A stretch of DNA of 32,381 bases from Planctomycetia bacterium (GTDB lineage: Bacteria > Planctomycetota > Planctomycetia > Gemmatales > Gemmataceae). Each line of letters starts with the position of its first letter. Positions within the stretch are counted from its first letter, which is position 1. The stretch lies in NCBI GenBank assembly GCA_005773755.1, contig SXHE01000867.1:1-32381 (forward strand), in the 5' to 3' direction. Of this stretch, positions 1-9,033 are shown piece after piece. The notes beneath the pieces were generated by a model that was not told the origin of the DNA, did no database searches, and worked only from the letters and a program-made list of their open reading frames with translations. Made by a program: the position numbers and the translations under genes.

Positions 1-1
1 A

Positions 2-1156
2 CTGGTGGACGTCGAAGCGCTGCCGCTCGACGAGGTGCTGGCGGCGCTGCTCGGTCGATTCGGGGCGGGCTGGAAGATCGAGGGCGACGAGCTGAAGGTC
101 GCGCTCGGGACGAAGCCGGCCGACCGCACCGGGGTTGCCAAGCTGTTCCGCCGGGCGCTCGACGCGGCCCCGACGCATCCGTCGGCGCTGGCCGCTCACG
201 TGTGGGTCGCGAACTTCGAGTTCGAGGCCGGGCACCTGACGCTGGCCGGTAAGGAATACCGGCACGTGATGGAAACCGCGCCGGAGGCGCGCGAGCTCCC
301 CTACGCCGTTTACAACCTCGGCCTCGTCGAACTGAACAGCGGGGCGCGGCAGGCGGCGCGCAGTCGGTTCGTCGATCTGGTCGACCGCGCGCCGCGCTCG
401 CAGTGGGCCGATTACGGCTGGTGGTGGGTCGGCCGCACACACATGGACGCGGGCGACTTCACCGCCGCCCGGACCGCGTTCCAGACCGCGCTGCGCGGGA
501 AGACGCGCGAGGTGGTTTCGGCCGCCGCGTTCGGCACCTGCGCCGCCGAACTGCTCGCGGGCAACGACGACGCGGCGCGGGCCGTGCTCCACGACTACCG
601 AACCGATACGCGCGAGGCCCACTCGGCCCTCAACACGGCGTTCGACGCGCTGCTGCGATACCGTTCGTCACCGACCGAGAGCCGGCGCGCGAGTTTGCTC
701 GCCGCGCTGCGCGGGGCCGGTGACGTGAGCGCGATCGGGCCGGGCGGCACGCTCCTGGCCGGGCGCGTGTACCGCGACCTGGGCCTCGCGGACCGGACCG
801 CGGCGCTGTACGACGCCGCTTCGGTCGCCACGCGCGGCCCGCTCGCCGCGCGGATGACGTTCGAGGTCGCCGAGTGGTACGACCTGCTCGACCGGCGCAA
901 CGACGCCCGGCAGAGGTATCTGGCCGTGGCCGTGATCGACCCCAAGGGTTACGGCCCGAGCGCGGAACTGAAGCTCGCGGAGATGGCCCTGCGCGAACTG
1001 AAGGCCGACGAGTGCGTCCGCCGTTGCCGGGCGCTGCTGGCCCGCGACGGGGCCGACAAAGCCGCGATCCTCGCGGTCATGGGCAAGGGGTACGAACTGG
1101 CCCGCAATCACCGCGCCGCCGCCGCCTGTTTCGCCGGTCGCGTGCCCACGGAGTAG
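2..1156 (+). CDS. TPR-repeat protein, 5'-partial (frame open at window edge)
   Basis: Ala-rich helical repeats with TPR/YbgF-like pattern (YAVYNLGLVEL..AARSRFVDLVDRAPRS; WWVGRTHMDAGDFTAARTAF; VMGKGYELARNHRAAAACF); GC3-rich codons; TAG at 1154-1156. Confidence 0.75.
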   Translation: MVDVEALPLDEVLAALLGRFGAGWKIEGDELKVALGTKPADRTGVAKLFRRALDAAPTHPSALAAHVWVANFEFEAGHLTLAGKEYRHVMETAPEARELPYAVYNLGLVELNSGARQAARSRFVDLVDRAPRSQWADYGWWWVGRTHMDAGDFTAARTAFQTALRGKTREVVSAAAFGTCAAELLAGNDDAARAVLHDYRTDTREAHSALNTAFDALLRYRSSPTESRRASLLAALRGAGDVSAIGPGGTLLAGRVYRDLGLADRTAALYDAASVATRGPLAARMTFEVAEWYDLLDRRNDARQRYLAVAVIDPKGYGPSAELKLAEMALRELKADECVRRCRALLARDGADKAAILAVMGKGYELARNHRAAAACFAGRVPTE

Positions 1157-1167
1157 AGCCTGGTGCG

Positions 1168-1947
1168 TCACCGGATCAGGTCTGTGGTCGCCTGGAGCAC
1201 TTGCGTTTCGATCTGGATCGCCTGGGTGTTGAACGAGAACGTCCGCTGTGCGATCAGCAGGTTGATGAGTTCGTTCGTGAGTTCCACGTTCGACTGCTCC
1301 AGAAACCCCTGACCGATCGTGCCGAGGCCGTTGGTTCCGGGCACGTCGGTGGTCCCGGTGCCGCTGGCCGGCGACGCGGCGAACGTCGTGTTGCCGACCC
1401 GCGTCAGCCCGGCCGGGTTCTGGAACCGCGTCAACTGGAGCTGCCCGATCTGCTGAATGCCGTCTGGGGTGGTCGCGGTCACGACCCCGGCGGGCGAGAC
1501 CGAAACTGCCGTGGTGCCGGCCGGCAGCGCGATCCCGCCACCGAGGAAGAAGCCGTCGGCGGTGACGACGTTGCCGGCGTTGTCGAAGTTGAAGTTGCCC
1601 GAGCGGGTGTAGCCGGTCGTGCCGTCCGGAAGCGCGACCGCGAAGAACCCTTCGCCCGTGATGGCGAGGTCGAGTGGCCCTTCGCCCGGTGTCAATCCGC
1701 CCTGTGTGAAGTTCCCCGCGATCGTATCCACGATGGCCCCGGTGCCGATCTGGTTGCTGCTCGGCGGGGTGACCCCTTGTGTGGCCGCGCCCGCCGGGGA
1801 CCCGGTGTAGAGCAAGTCCTGGAACGTGATCTGACCCGCCTTATAGCCCGTGGTGTTCGAGTTCGCGACGTTGTTACTCGTCACGTCGAGGAACGCGGAC
1901 GCGGCTTGAAGGCCGGCGTTGCTGGCGAAGAGCGCGCTGAGGATCAT
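1168..1947 (-). CDS. flgG: Flagellar basal-body rod/hook family protein (FlgG-like), ~259 aa
   Basis: N-terminal LDVTSNNVANSNTTGYK..FQDLLY, central TPGEGPLDLAITGEGFF..YTRSGNF, C-terminal QGFLEQSNVELTNELINLLIAQR. Start at ATG 1947 gives typical FlgG length. Confidence 0.85.
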   Translation of the reverse strand: MILSALFASNAGLQAASAFLDVTSNNVANSNTTGYKAGQITFQDLLYTGSPAGAATQGVTPPSSNQIGTGAIVDTIAGNFTQGGLTPGEGPLDLAITGEGFFAVALPDGTTGYTRSGNFNFDNAGNVVTADGFFLGGGIALPAGTTAVSVSPAGVVTATTPDGIQQIGQLQLTRFQNPAGLTRVGNTTFAASPASGTGTTDVPGTNGLGTIGQGFLEQSNVELTNELINLLIAQRTFSFNTQAIQIETQVLQATTDLIR

Positions 1948-2186
1948 GGCGAACCGGGGTGAGCGTCGTTGGTGCGGGCCGTTATCCGTGTCGGCCTCCG
2001 GGTGCGGCGCGGGCCACTCCTTCATAGTAACATCCGATGCACCAAAAGATAGAAGAACCGACCGCCGGCACGACCGGCGCGTTCGGACGCGCGTGGCGCG
2101 ACCCGGCGGAAACGGCTTGCCGAACGCGGGGGAAAACGCGAACATGGTGAGCGCCGGTCCCCAACCCTTTCCGATGTCGACTCACC

Positions 2187-3644
2187 ATGAATCGCGCGGC
2201 TCGTAGCGTACTGCTTGTATTCGGGGTCGTTGCGACCGGCGCGATCGCGCTCGGCATCATCAGCCGGCCGGCACCAATCGAAGTGACGCTCGGCGCGCGC
2301 GAACAGTTGCCGCGCCCCAGCGCCGCCGACCTGAAGGGCCTGCCGGTCGGCATGTCGGGGTGTCTCGCGTCCGCGTGTCACGGTTCACCCGCCAACAAGA
2401 CGCTCGCGGGGAAGCTGGACGCGGACACCTGGCAAAGCTCCGGCAGCACCTGGTCCGCGGCCGACCCGCATTCCGCCGCGTACAGCCTGCTGACGGACAG
2501 CCCGCACCGCCCGGTCAAGGTCACGGCCGCGCACATCATGGCCCGCTACGCGCCGGGCACCAGTGCGACGAGCGACGCCCGGTGCGTCGCGTGCCATACG
2601 AACCCGAGCCTCGCCACCAGCGAACGAATGACCGACGCGCGCGCGACGCACCTGCGCACCGAGGGAGTGAGCTGTGAGGCGTGTCACGGCAACGCCGGCG
2701 GGTGGGTCGGCGATCACACCACCTGGAAGGGACCGCGCGCGGGGGTGTACGCCAAGACCGGCATGAACCCGCTGTACGACCTGGGCGAGCGGGCGCTGGC
2801 CTGCGCCGGCTGTCACGTCGGCGCGCCGGCCGAGAACGGCCTGCCGGTGCGCGACATGAACCACGACATGATCGCCGCCGGCCACCCGCGACTGAACTTC
2901 GACTTCGCCGAGTACCAGCGCCGGCTGCCCGCACACTGGTTGGAGAAGGACCGCACGACCAACACGCCGCGAGCGCACAGCCCCGCGAAGGTGTGGTTGG
3001 TCGGTCGCGTGGCGCACGCCGAGGCCGCGTGCAAGATGCTCGTGGACCGCGCCGAGCGCTCGAAGGACGACGCGCGCACGCCGTGGCCGGAGTTCGCCGA
3101 GTTCAACTGCGCCGCGTGTCACCACAACCTCCGCGCCGCCACCGATCCTTCACTTGAGGCACGGTGGCGGAAAGACCCGAAACTCACCGGGCATACGCTG
3201 GGTTCACCGGGATGGCAACCGATCTGGCCGATGACAGTCGCGGCCGGTATCGACCAGCCAACCCCCGACACAGCGACCCTCAAGTACGTCACGAACGCGA
3301 TGAGCGTGGCGCGACCGAAACGCGGCGAGATCGTCGCACTCGCTAAGCAGGGTTCGGGAACAATGGCGGAATTGCGCGGGAGGTTGACCAATGCGGTGCG
3401 GGTTGAAGACGTGTACCCGCTCAACCGGCTGTTTCAGTCTCCGCTGCCCCGCGTGCCGGAATGGGACAGCGCCGCGCAGCTCTTCTACGGGTACGCGGCG
3501 ATGGAGCGTGCGCGCCCGGGGCCGTCGGACCTTGTGCCGGAGTTTCGGCGTGCGCTGGGCGCGCTCCGAACCGACGACTGGCCGAACGTGAAATGGGCCG
3601 AAGTCGAGGGGGCGTTCGAGGCGATACGGAGGAAGCGCCCCTAA
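2187..3644 (+). CDS. Multiheme cytochrome c (c554-like family), exported or membrane-anchored
   Basis: N-terminal hydrophobic segment; CLASACH (CX4CH), CVACH, CEACH, CAGCH, CAACH; HDMIAAGHP motif. Confidence 0.88.
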   Translation: MNRAARSVLLVFGVVATGAIALGIISRPAPIEVTLGAREQLPRPSAADLKGLPVGMSGCLASACHGSPANKTLAGKLDADTWQSSGSTWSAADPHSAAYSLLTDSPHRPVKVTAAHIMARYAPGTSATSDARCVACHTNPSLATSERMTDARATHLRTEGVSCEACHGNAGGWVGDHTTWKGPRAGVYAKTGMNPLYDLGERALACAGCHVGAPAENGLPVRDMNHDMIAAGHPRLNFDFAEYQRRLPAHWLEKDRTTNTPRAHSPAKVWLVGRVAHAEAACKMLVDRAERSKDDARTPWPEFAEFNCAACHHNLRAATDPSLEARWRKDPKLTGHTLGSPGWQPIWPMTVAAGIDQPTPDTATLKYVTNAMSVARPKRGEIVALAKQGSGTMAELRGRLTNAVRVEDVYPLNRLFQSPLPRVPEWDSAAQLFYGYAAMERARPGPSDLVPEFRRALGALRTDDWPNVKWAEVEGAFEAIRRKRP

Positions 3645-3703
3645 TACGATTTTCGCCGAGGAAGCCCCCGCACGGATGCGACGGACTGGCCGCGAGTGTA
3701 GCC

Positions 3704-5197
3704 GTGCGTCCATTTCTCGTTATCGCGGTCGTCGTCTGCGCGAGCGCGCTGGGCGCCGCGCTCAGCCCGGCCAACCCGCGGAACCCGCAGGAACCACAAC
3801 TCGCGCCCGCCGCGCCCGATCCACAAACGCCCTACGGTGTCGGCAAAGCGCCGTTCGCGCACCGCGCCGCCACGTCGTGCGCCGCGGCCTCGTGTCACGG
3901 CGGCGGGCAGGTCGGCAAGGTCGGCAGCGAGCACTCGACGTGGGCACCGGAGGCGTTCCCCGAAGGGCAGGGTGACCCGCACACGAAGGCGTACCGCGTG
4001 CTGTTCAACAACGTCTCCGTGCGCATGGCGAAGGCGCTCAACATCGGCGAGGCGCACAAGGCCGCGCTGTGCCTGAAGTGCCACGCGGTCGATAGCGGCA
4101 AAGACCCCGAAACGCGCGACCAGAGTCTGTCCGAGGGCGTCGGCTGCGGTGCGTGCCACGGCCCCGCGGACAAGTGGATCGGGGACCATTACTCCGCCGA
4201 GTGGAAGGCGCTCAGCAACCGCGAGAAGTGGGAGAAGTACGGGTTCGTGCCGGCGGGCAACCTCGTCGCCCGCACGCTCAACTGCGCCGGCTGTCACGTC
4301 GGCGACGCCGACCGCGACGTGAACCACGACCTGTACGCCGCCGGCCACCCACGGATCACCTTCGAGGCTGCCGCGTTCCACCATCAGCCGGGCTACCGCA
4401 AGCACTGGACCGAAAAGACCCCGCAACCGGACTTCGAGGTGCGGGCGTGGATCGTCGGGCAGGTCGCGGCGCTCCGCAGCGCGACCGACCTGCTGCGCAG
4501 CCGCGCGGAGAAGGCGGACAAGCCGGACGGCATCTGGCCGGAGTTCGCCGGGTACAGTTGCTATTCGTGTCACCAGAAGATCGGCGAGGGCGCGATCCGC
4601 GGCGAAGCGAGCGCCACCACCCGCGCGCCGGGCGTTCCCGGCTGGGAGGTGTGGTCGAACACCGGCATCGGAATCGCGGCCGAGTATTGCGGCGCGGCCT
4701 ATCCCGGTGTAAGCTCACCGGACTTGAAGGAACTGAAGGCGCTCCAGAAACTGATGGAGTCGAAGCGGGCACCGAACGCGAAGGCGGTCGCAACGCAGTC
4801 GACGAAGGCGGTCGCGGAACTCGATGCGTGGCTCGCCGGGCTGCAAGCGGCCGAGGACCGCGGCGCGAAGCCGGTGCCGAAGGGGACCGCGGAGAAACTG
4901 GCGAACGCCATCGCGCGGAACGCGCTCTCGAAGGACGGCGCGAAGCTCGCGGATCACGACTGGGACGCGCTCGCCTCGAACTACTTGGGCTGTGCGGCGA
5001 TGTTCCACGCAACGGGCGGCGCGCCCGCGAACAAGTGGGGTAAAGAGCTGGACGCGGTGCGCGACAACCTGCGGTTCCCCGCGGTGAAGGGCGCGCGGTT
5101 CGACAGCCCGTTCGACTACGACCGGAACAAACTCGATCTGTTGAAGAAGAACTTCGAGCGGTTGCGGGACGCGACCGCTCCCACGGGGGGGAACTGA
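3704..5197 (+). CDS. Multiheme cytochrome c (c554-like family), paralog 2
   Basis: Probable GTG start at 3704 before signal-like VRPFLVIAVVVCASALGAALS; CAAASCH (CX4CH), CLKCH, CGACH, CAGCH, CYSCH; HDLYAAGHP. Confidence 0.88.
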   Translation: MRPFLVIAVVVCASALGAALSPANPRNPQEPQLAPAAPDPQTPYGVGKAPFAHRAATSCAAASCHGGGQVGKVGSEHSTWAPEAFPEGQGDPHTKAYRVLFNNVSVRMAKALNIGEAHKAALCLKCHAVDSGKDPETRDQSLSEGVGCGACHGPADKWIGDHYSAEWKALSNREKWEKYGFVPAGNLVARTLNCAGCHVGDADRDVNHDLYAAGHPRITFEAAAFHHQPGYRKHWTEKTPQPDFEVRAWIVGQVAALRSATDLLRSRAEKADKPDGIWPEFAGYSCYSCHQKIGEGAIRGEASATTRAPGVPGWEVWSNTGIGIAAEYCGAAYPGVSSPDLKELKALQKLMESKRAPNAKAVATQSTKAVAELDAWLAGLQAAEDRGAKPVPKGTAEKLANAIARNALSKDGAKLADHDWDALASNYLGCAAMFHATGGAPANKWGKELDAVRDNLRFPAVKGARFDSPFDYDRNKLDLLKKNFERLRDATAPTGGN

Positions 5198-6969
5198 TGT
5201 CGGCACACTCTCAGCGCGCGACCCGCGCCGCGGGCCTCACGGCCGCGTTCGCCGGTCTGGTACTCGGCCTGATGTCGGCCGGCGGGCCGGACCGCGCCGC
5301 GCACGCGCGCCAAAAGGATGACAAGAAGGACGAGTATCCGCGGCCGACGGAGAAAGAGAAGCTGAAGCAAACCCTGATCGGTGCTGCGGCATGCAAACAG
5401 TGCCACGATACGGCAGACCCGACTATGAACGACGAGTACAAGAGCACACTCGGGTACGAGTTCGTTCGGCTATGGGAAAACAAGGTGTGGGGTGTCCACG
5501 ACCTCCACTCAACTGCTTACAAGAACCTGCTCACGAACAGGTGCACCGAGGTGAAGGACGGGGGTGATAAGCCCAACACCACAGCTCAGCGGATGGAAGA
5601 CAACATGCGCCGTGCCGGTGTTGACGCACGGTACAAAAAGCAAGATTACACTGTCTCCACCGATACTCAGTGTCTCGCGTGCCACGCGAGCACAAAACAA
5701 CCAGCATCGATCGCACCGCACAAGACTTGGACCGTTGATTCGTTCAACCCGCGGGACGGGGTCGGGTGCGAGATGTGCCACGGTCACGGTTCGCTCTACC
5801 GATTCCGTCACCAAGAATCGCACATGGACAAAGCGAACGCACCGAAGGGTGCGACCTCGATCGTTGATTGGCGCGAGACTGACCCAAAGATCAAGGCGGA
5901 ATGGGGGCTGGTGAACCTGCGCGACGCGGCCGAGGCCACCAACCGCTGCGCCTCGTGCCACATCGGGAACCTGGACGAGGGCCGCTTTGTCACGCACGAC
6001 ATGTACGCTGCCGGGCACCCGCCGCTGCCGCCGCTCGACCTGATCGCTTACACCCGCGAGCAGCCGCGGCACTGGGGCCTGCCATCCGAAATGCCGTACC
6101 TGAAGACCCTCGCGGAGAAAGACCCGAAGAAGGCGAACGCGGTGTTCCACATCCGTGCCGACGAGTCGCACGTCGCCCGCCGGTTCGTCGAATCGACCGT
6201 CGCCACGCTGCACTCGTCCGCCGTCGTCACCGGCCAACTCGCCCTCGACGGCAAAGAAGACGGTCTCGACTACGCGGCGTTCGACTGCGCCTCGTGCCAC
6301 CACAACCTCAAGTACCCCAGCGACCGCCAGGACCGCGGGTACAACGCCCGGCCCGGTCGCCCGCTGTTCCGCCCGGCCACGTTCGCCCTGACCCGCGTCG
6401 TGATGGAGCACGCGGCCGAGATGCCCGGCGGCGGCGACCTCAAGGCGTCGCTCGAAGCGCTCGCGACCGTCGAGAAGAACCTCGCGGTCGCGTTCACCTC
6501 GAAGTCGCTGGGCGACCCGGCGAAGGTGCAGGCGGCCAGCGCCGAGCTGAGCAAGTGGAGCGCGGACACGCTGAAGAGGCTGAACGGCGTGAAGTACACC
6601 AACGACGAGACGAAGAAGTTGCTAGCGAAGGTGCAAGCCGCGACGCAGAAGCCGGTTGCCGACCCCGAAGTCGCGCAACTCTACACCTGGGCCTTCGAGA
6701 CGCTGGTGCTGGACCAGACCCCGCCGGCCGCGGACAAGAAGCCGCCCGCGGCGCTCGAAGAGCTGCACAAGAAGTTGAAGGACGTGGTGGTGTCGCGGCT
6801 GCGGCCGAACGCGGCGTTCTACTACGAGCAGGGCGCGAACGGCGGCATCCCCGGCCCCACCGTGGAACCGGTCGACACGCGCATCGGCAAGCGGATGGAG
6901 CTGTTCAACTCGTTCAAGAACGCCCCGTTCCGTCAGGCGTTCGGCGACGTGAAGCCGTTCGGGAAGTAG
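5197..6969 (+). CDS. Multiheme cytochrome c (c554-like family), paralog 3
   Basis: TGATG stop/start overlap with the previous gene; signal-like N-terminus; CKQCH, CLACH, CEMCH, CASCH, CASCH; HDMYAAGHP. Confidence 0.88.
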   Translation: MSAHSQRATRAAGLTAAFAGLVLGLMSAGGPDRAAHARQKDDKKDEYPRPTEKEKLKQTLIGAAACKQCHDTADPTMNDEYKSTLGYEFVRLWENKVWGVHDLHSTAYKNLLTNRCTEVKDGGDKPNTTAQRMEDNMRRAGVDARYKKQDYTVSTDTQCLACHASTKQPASIAPHKTWTVDSFNPRDGVGCEMCHGHGSLYRFRHQESHMDKANAPKGATSIVDWRETDPKIKAEWGLVNLRDAAEATNRCASCHIGNLDEGRFVTHDMYAAGHPPLPPLDLIAYTREQPRHWGLPSEMPYLKTLAEKDPKKANAVFHIRADESHVARRFVESTVATLHSSAVVTGQLALDGKEDGLDYAAFDCASCHHNLKYPSDRQDRGYNARPGRPLFRPATFALTRVVMEHAAEMPGGGDLKASLEALATVEKNLAVAFTSKSLGDPAKVQAASAELSKWSADTLKRLNGVKYTNDETKKLLAKVQAATQKPVADPEVAQLYTWAFETLVLDQTPPAADKKPPAALEELHKKLKDVVVSRLRPNAAFYYEQGANGGIPGPTVEPVDTRIGKRMELFNSFKNAPFRQAFGDVKPFGK

Positions 6970-7094
6970 CCACCCGCCCGATTTCGTGCGCGCGCCGCCA
7001 TGCAGGGAAAAACGCACGGCGTTGCAAGATTGCGGCCGGGGCGGGCGTAAGTACACAAACGACCCGCGCCCGCAACCCCGCACACGGAGGCCTC

Positions 7095-7772
7095 ATGCCG
7101 TCCTACGTCATCGTTTGGGAGAACAACACGTTCGGGCACCAGAAGGTTTCCGGACACACGTGGCCCGGCCACTCGGCCATCAACATCGGCAACATCTTTG
7201 ACGACGAAGACATGGCCCGCGCGTTCAACAGCTATGTGAGCTGGTGGCCCGGCGAGGGGGCCGACTTCGGCGTGAAGGGTGTCATCAAGGCCATGTTCAA
7301 GAAGGCCCAGAAGGGGGACCGGAACCTGACCCTGGGTCAGGACGTGGACAGCGAGGGCTACCTGCCCGATCACTTCATCAAACTGGACACGACCGACGAG
7401 CAAGAGAAGAAGATGAAGGCCGAGTGGCTCACCGTGCTCATGAAGAAGGGCGGCGCGACGTACAAGAACCTGCGCAAGAACTGCTCGACGATCTGCTCGC
7501 GGGTGCTCCACGCCGGCGGGTTCTACTCCAAGAAGTGGGCCGTCAACAACAACTTCGCGTGGAGCCCCGGCGACGTCCGCGCCCTGGCGTGCTCGTCCGG
7601 CGGCACGCTGATGAAATGGACCGACGTGCTCGAACTGCTGAAGAAGAGCGGCATCACGGGCGACAGCCTGAGCGCGAAGGAGGCCCGGTCGGGCGTGTTC
7701 TGCTCCACGGGCGCGCCGTGCAACTACCAGAAGACCGAGACGTTCAAGGGCGACGGGACCAAGAAGAACTGA
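7095..7772 (+). CDS. Hypothetical protein, possible permuted papain-like (NlpC/P60-PPPDE/LRAT-type) hydrolase, 225 aa
   Basis: GGAGG at 7086-7090 then ATG 7095; host-like codon bias; GHSA followed by YKNLRKNCS (His-before-Cys order). Confidence 0.6.
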   Translation: MPSYVIVWENNTFGHQKVSGHTWPGHSAINIGNIFDDEDMARAFNSYVSWWPGEGADFGVKGVIKAMFKKAQKGDRNLTLGQDVDSEGYLPDHFIKLDTTDEQEKKMKAEWLTVLMKKGGATYKNLRKNCSTICSRVLHAGGFYSKKWAVNNNFAWSPGDVRALACSSGGTLMKWTDVLELLKKSGITGDSLSAKEARSGVFCSTGAPCNYQKTETFKGDGTKKN

Positions 7773-7782
7773 CCCACCATAA

Positions 7783-7816
7783 ACGGGGAACGGCCGGCGC
7801 ACCGGCCGTTCCCCGT
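7783..7816. terminator. Hairpin between convergent genes, probable terminator
   Basis: Perfect 15-bp stem ACGGGGAACGGCCGG / CCGGCCGTTCCCCGT with a 4-nt loop; short U-tract (UUUAU) on the minus strand. Confidence 0.75.
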
Positions 7817-7822
7817 CGTCCC

Positions 7823-8863
7823 TTACGCGAGCTTGGCGGTGACGTTCACGAACGTGTGGACGTGCGGGAGGGCGCGGTAGCTCCACACGAAGCCCGGGCC
7901 TTCGAGCCGCCAGAACGTCCACGGCTCCTTCGCGGTGGCCTTGCCCTCGTCGTAGAACGCCAGCGCCAGCTTCTCCATCCCGCCGTTGGCCTTCACGATC
8001 TCCATCACCTCGTCGCCGTCCTCCTTGCGGTACGGGGCGACCAGCGCCTTCATCACCTTCTCGGTCAGCGCCTTCTGGTCCTTCGACATGTCGGCGTAGG
8101 CCAGACCGGGCAGCTTGGTTGCGCCCTTGCCCGGCGTCTTCACCCCGCCGTGCTCGTCCTTCCACTTCGGCCCGCTCACCAGTGCGGCCTTCTTCGCCGC
8201 CTCGTCGAACGTGCCGAACAGCTCCTGAGCGGCCTTCGTTTGCGCGTAGAACACGTTCGTGGTGGCGTACCCGCTGGGGCTGTGGCCGTAGTACAGCGGC
8301 CCGCCGAACGCGGTCTTCTCTTCGGAGTTGCCGTCGCACCGTACGGTGATGTGGTGCCCGCAGAACACCAGCGAGAACTTCTTGCCCTCGACCGCCTCGC
8401 CGTAGATCAGCGCGCCGATGGTCTCGAAGTCGTTGCTGTTGTCGAACCGCCCGTTGCGGCTCAGGGCCTTGTAGCCCTCTTCGCCGTTGGCGATGGCGCG
8501 GAAGATCTTGTCGAGCAGTTCGACCTGCTTCTTGGTGTACTCTTCGCCGATGCGCGACTTGCCGTCCGCGCCGTTGTGCGTCAGCAGCCGGGCCGCGGTG
8601 CCCTTGCCGTTGGTGATGCCGTGGTCCCACGCGCGCACCAGCTTCTTCTTCTGGTCCGCGTCCATGCTCTTGTACAGTTCGAAGATCATCGCCTCGGCCT
8701 GAGCCTGCTTCTCGGCGCGGGCGGCGGTGGCCTTCTGGAGCGGGGTCAGCCCGACCGTGGCGACGGCCGCGGTCGTGCCGAGCACGCGGATGAAGTCGCG
8801 GCGGCCGATCGGCGCACCAGTTTCACACTCGGGGCAGTTCGCGTTCTGTTCGGCGGGCAGCAT
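7823..8863 (-). CDS. DUF3500-like protein with twin-arginine signal peptide
   Basis: GRRDFIRVLG Tat motif; FCGHHITVRCDG, FGGPLYYGH, WRLEGPGFVW..PHVH motifs typical of planctomycete DUF3500 proteins; GGAG upstream; alternative start at 8869. Confidence 0.75.
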   Translation of the reverse strand: MLPAEQNANCPECETGAPIGRRDFIRVLGTTAAVATVGLTPLQKATAARAEKQAQAEAMIFELYKSMDADQKKKLVRAWDHGITNGKGTAARLLTHNGADGKSRIGEEYTKKQVELLDKIFRAIANGEEGYKALSRNGRFDNSNDFETIGALIYGEAVEGKKFSLVFCGHHITVRCDGNSEEKTAFGGPLYYGHSPSGYATTNVFYAQTKAAQELFGTFDEAAKKAALVSGPKWKDEHGGVKTPGKGATKLPGLAYADMSKDQKALTEKVMKALVAPYRKEDGDEVMEIVKANGGMEKLALAFYDEGKATAKEPWTFWRLEGPGFVWSYRALPHVHTFVNVTAKLA

Positions 8864-9033
8864 GGACATGCACTCCGGCGGGGGAAAGGGACGGGCGACG
8901 TTGAACGGTACTCGCGCCATTAAACCCGATGCGCGTGGGAAAGTCACGCGCGAATGAATGAGAGCGAACCCCGCTTGTCACAACCCCGCGCGGGGGGGAT
9001 ACTTCTCCTACTGTCAACCGCGGAGAACCGTTC

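Noticed and set aside
1948-2145. N-terminal extension of the 325-aa flgG ORF
   Set aside because: Homology starts at MILSALF (1947); the extension is Arg/Pro-rich intergenic read-through.
3461-3703. Extended start of cytochrome 2
   Set aside because: It overlaps gene 1 by ~180 nt, and the signal-like sequence starts at GTG 3704.
5380-5890. Diversity-generating retroelement as the cause of the codon patch
   Set aside because: No reverse transcriptase and no template/variable repeat pair in the window.
5901-8923. Long alternative ORFs (5' part of 5901..7772, 6933..8630 minus, 7244..8923 plus)
   Set aside because: Shadow frames of real genes in high-GC DNA, with Arg/Gly/Pro-rich nonsense composition. 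The same applies to most other overlapping ORFs in the track.
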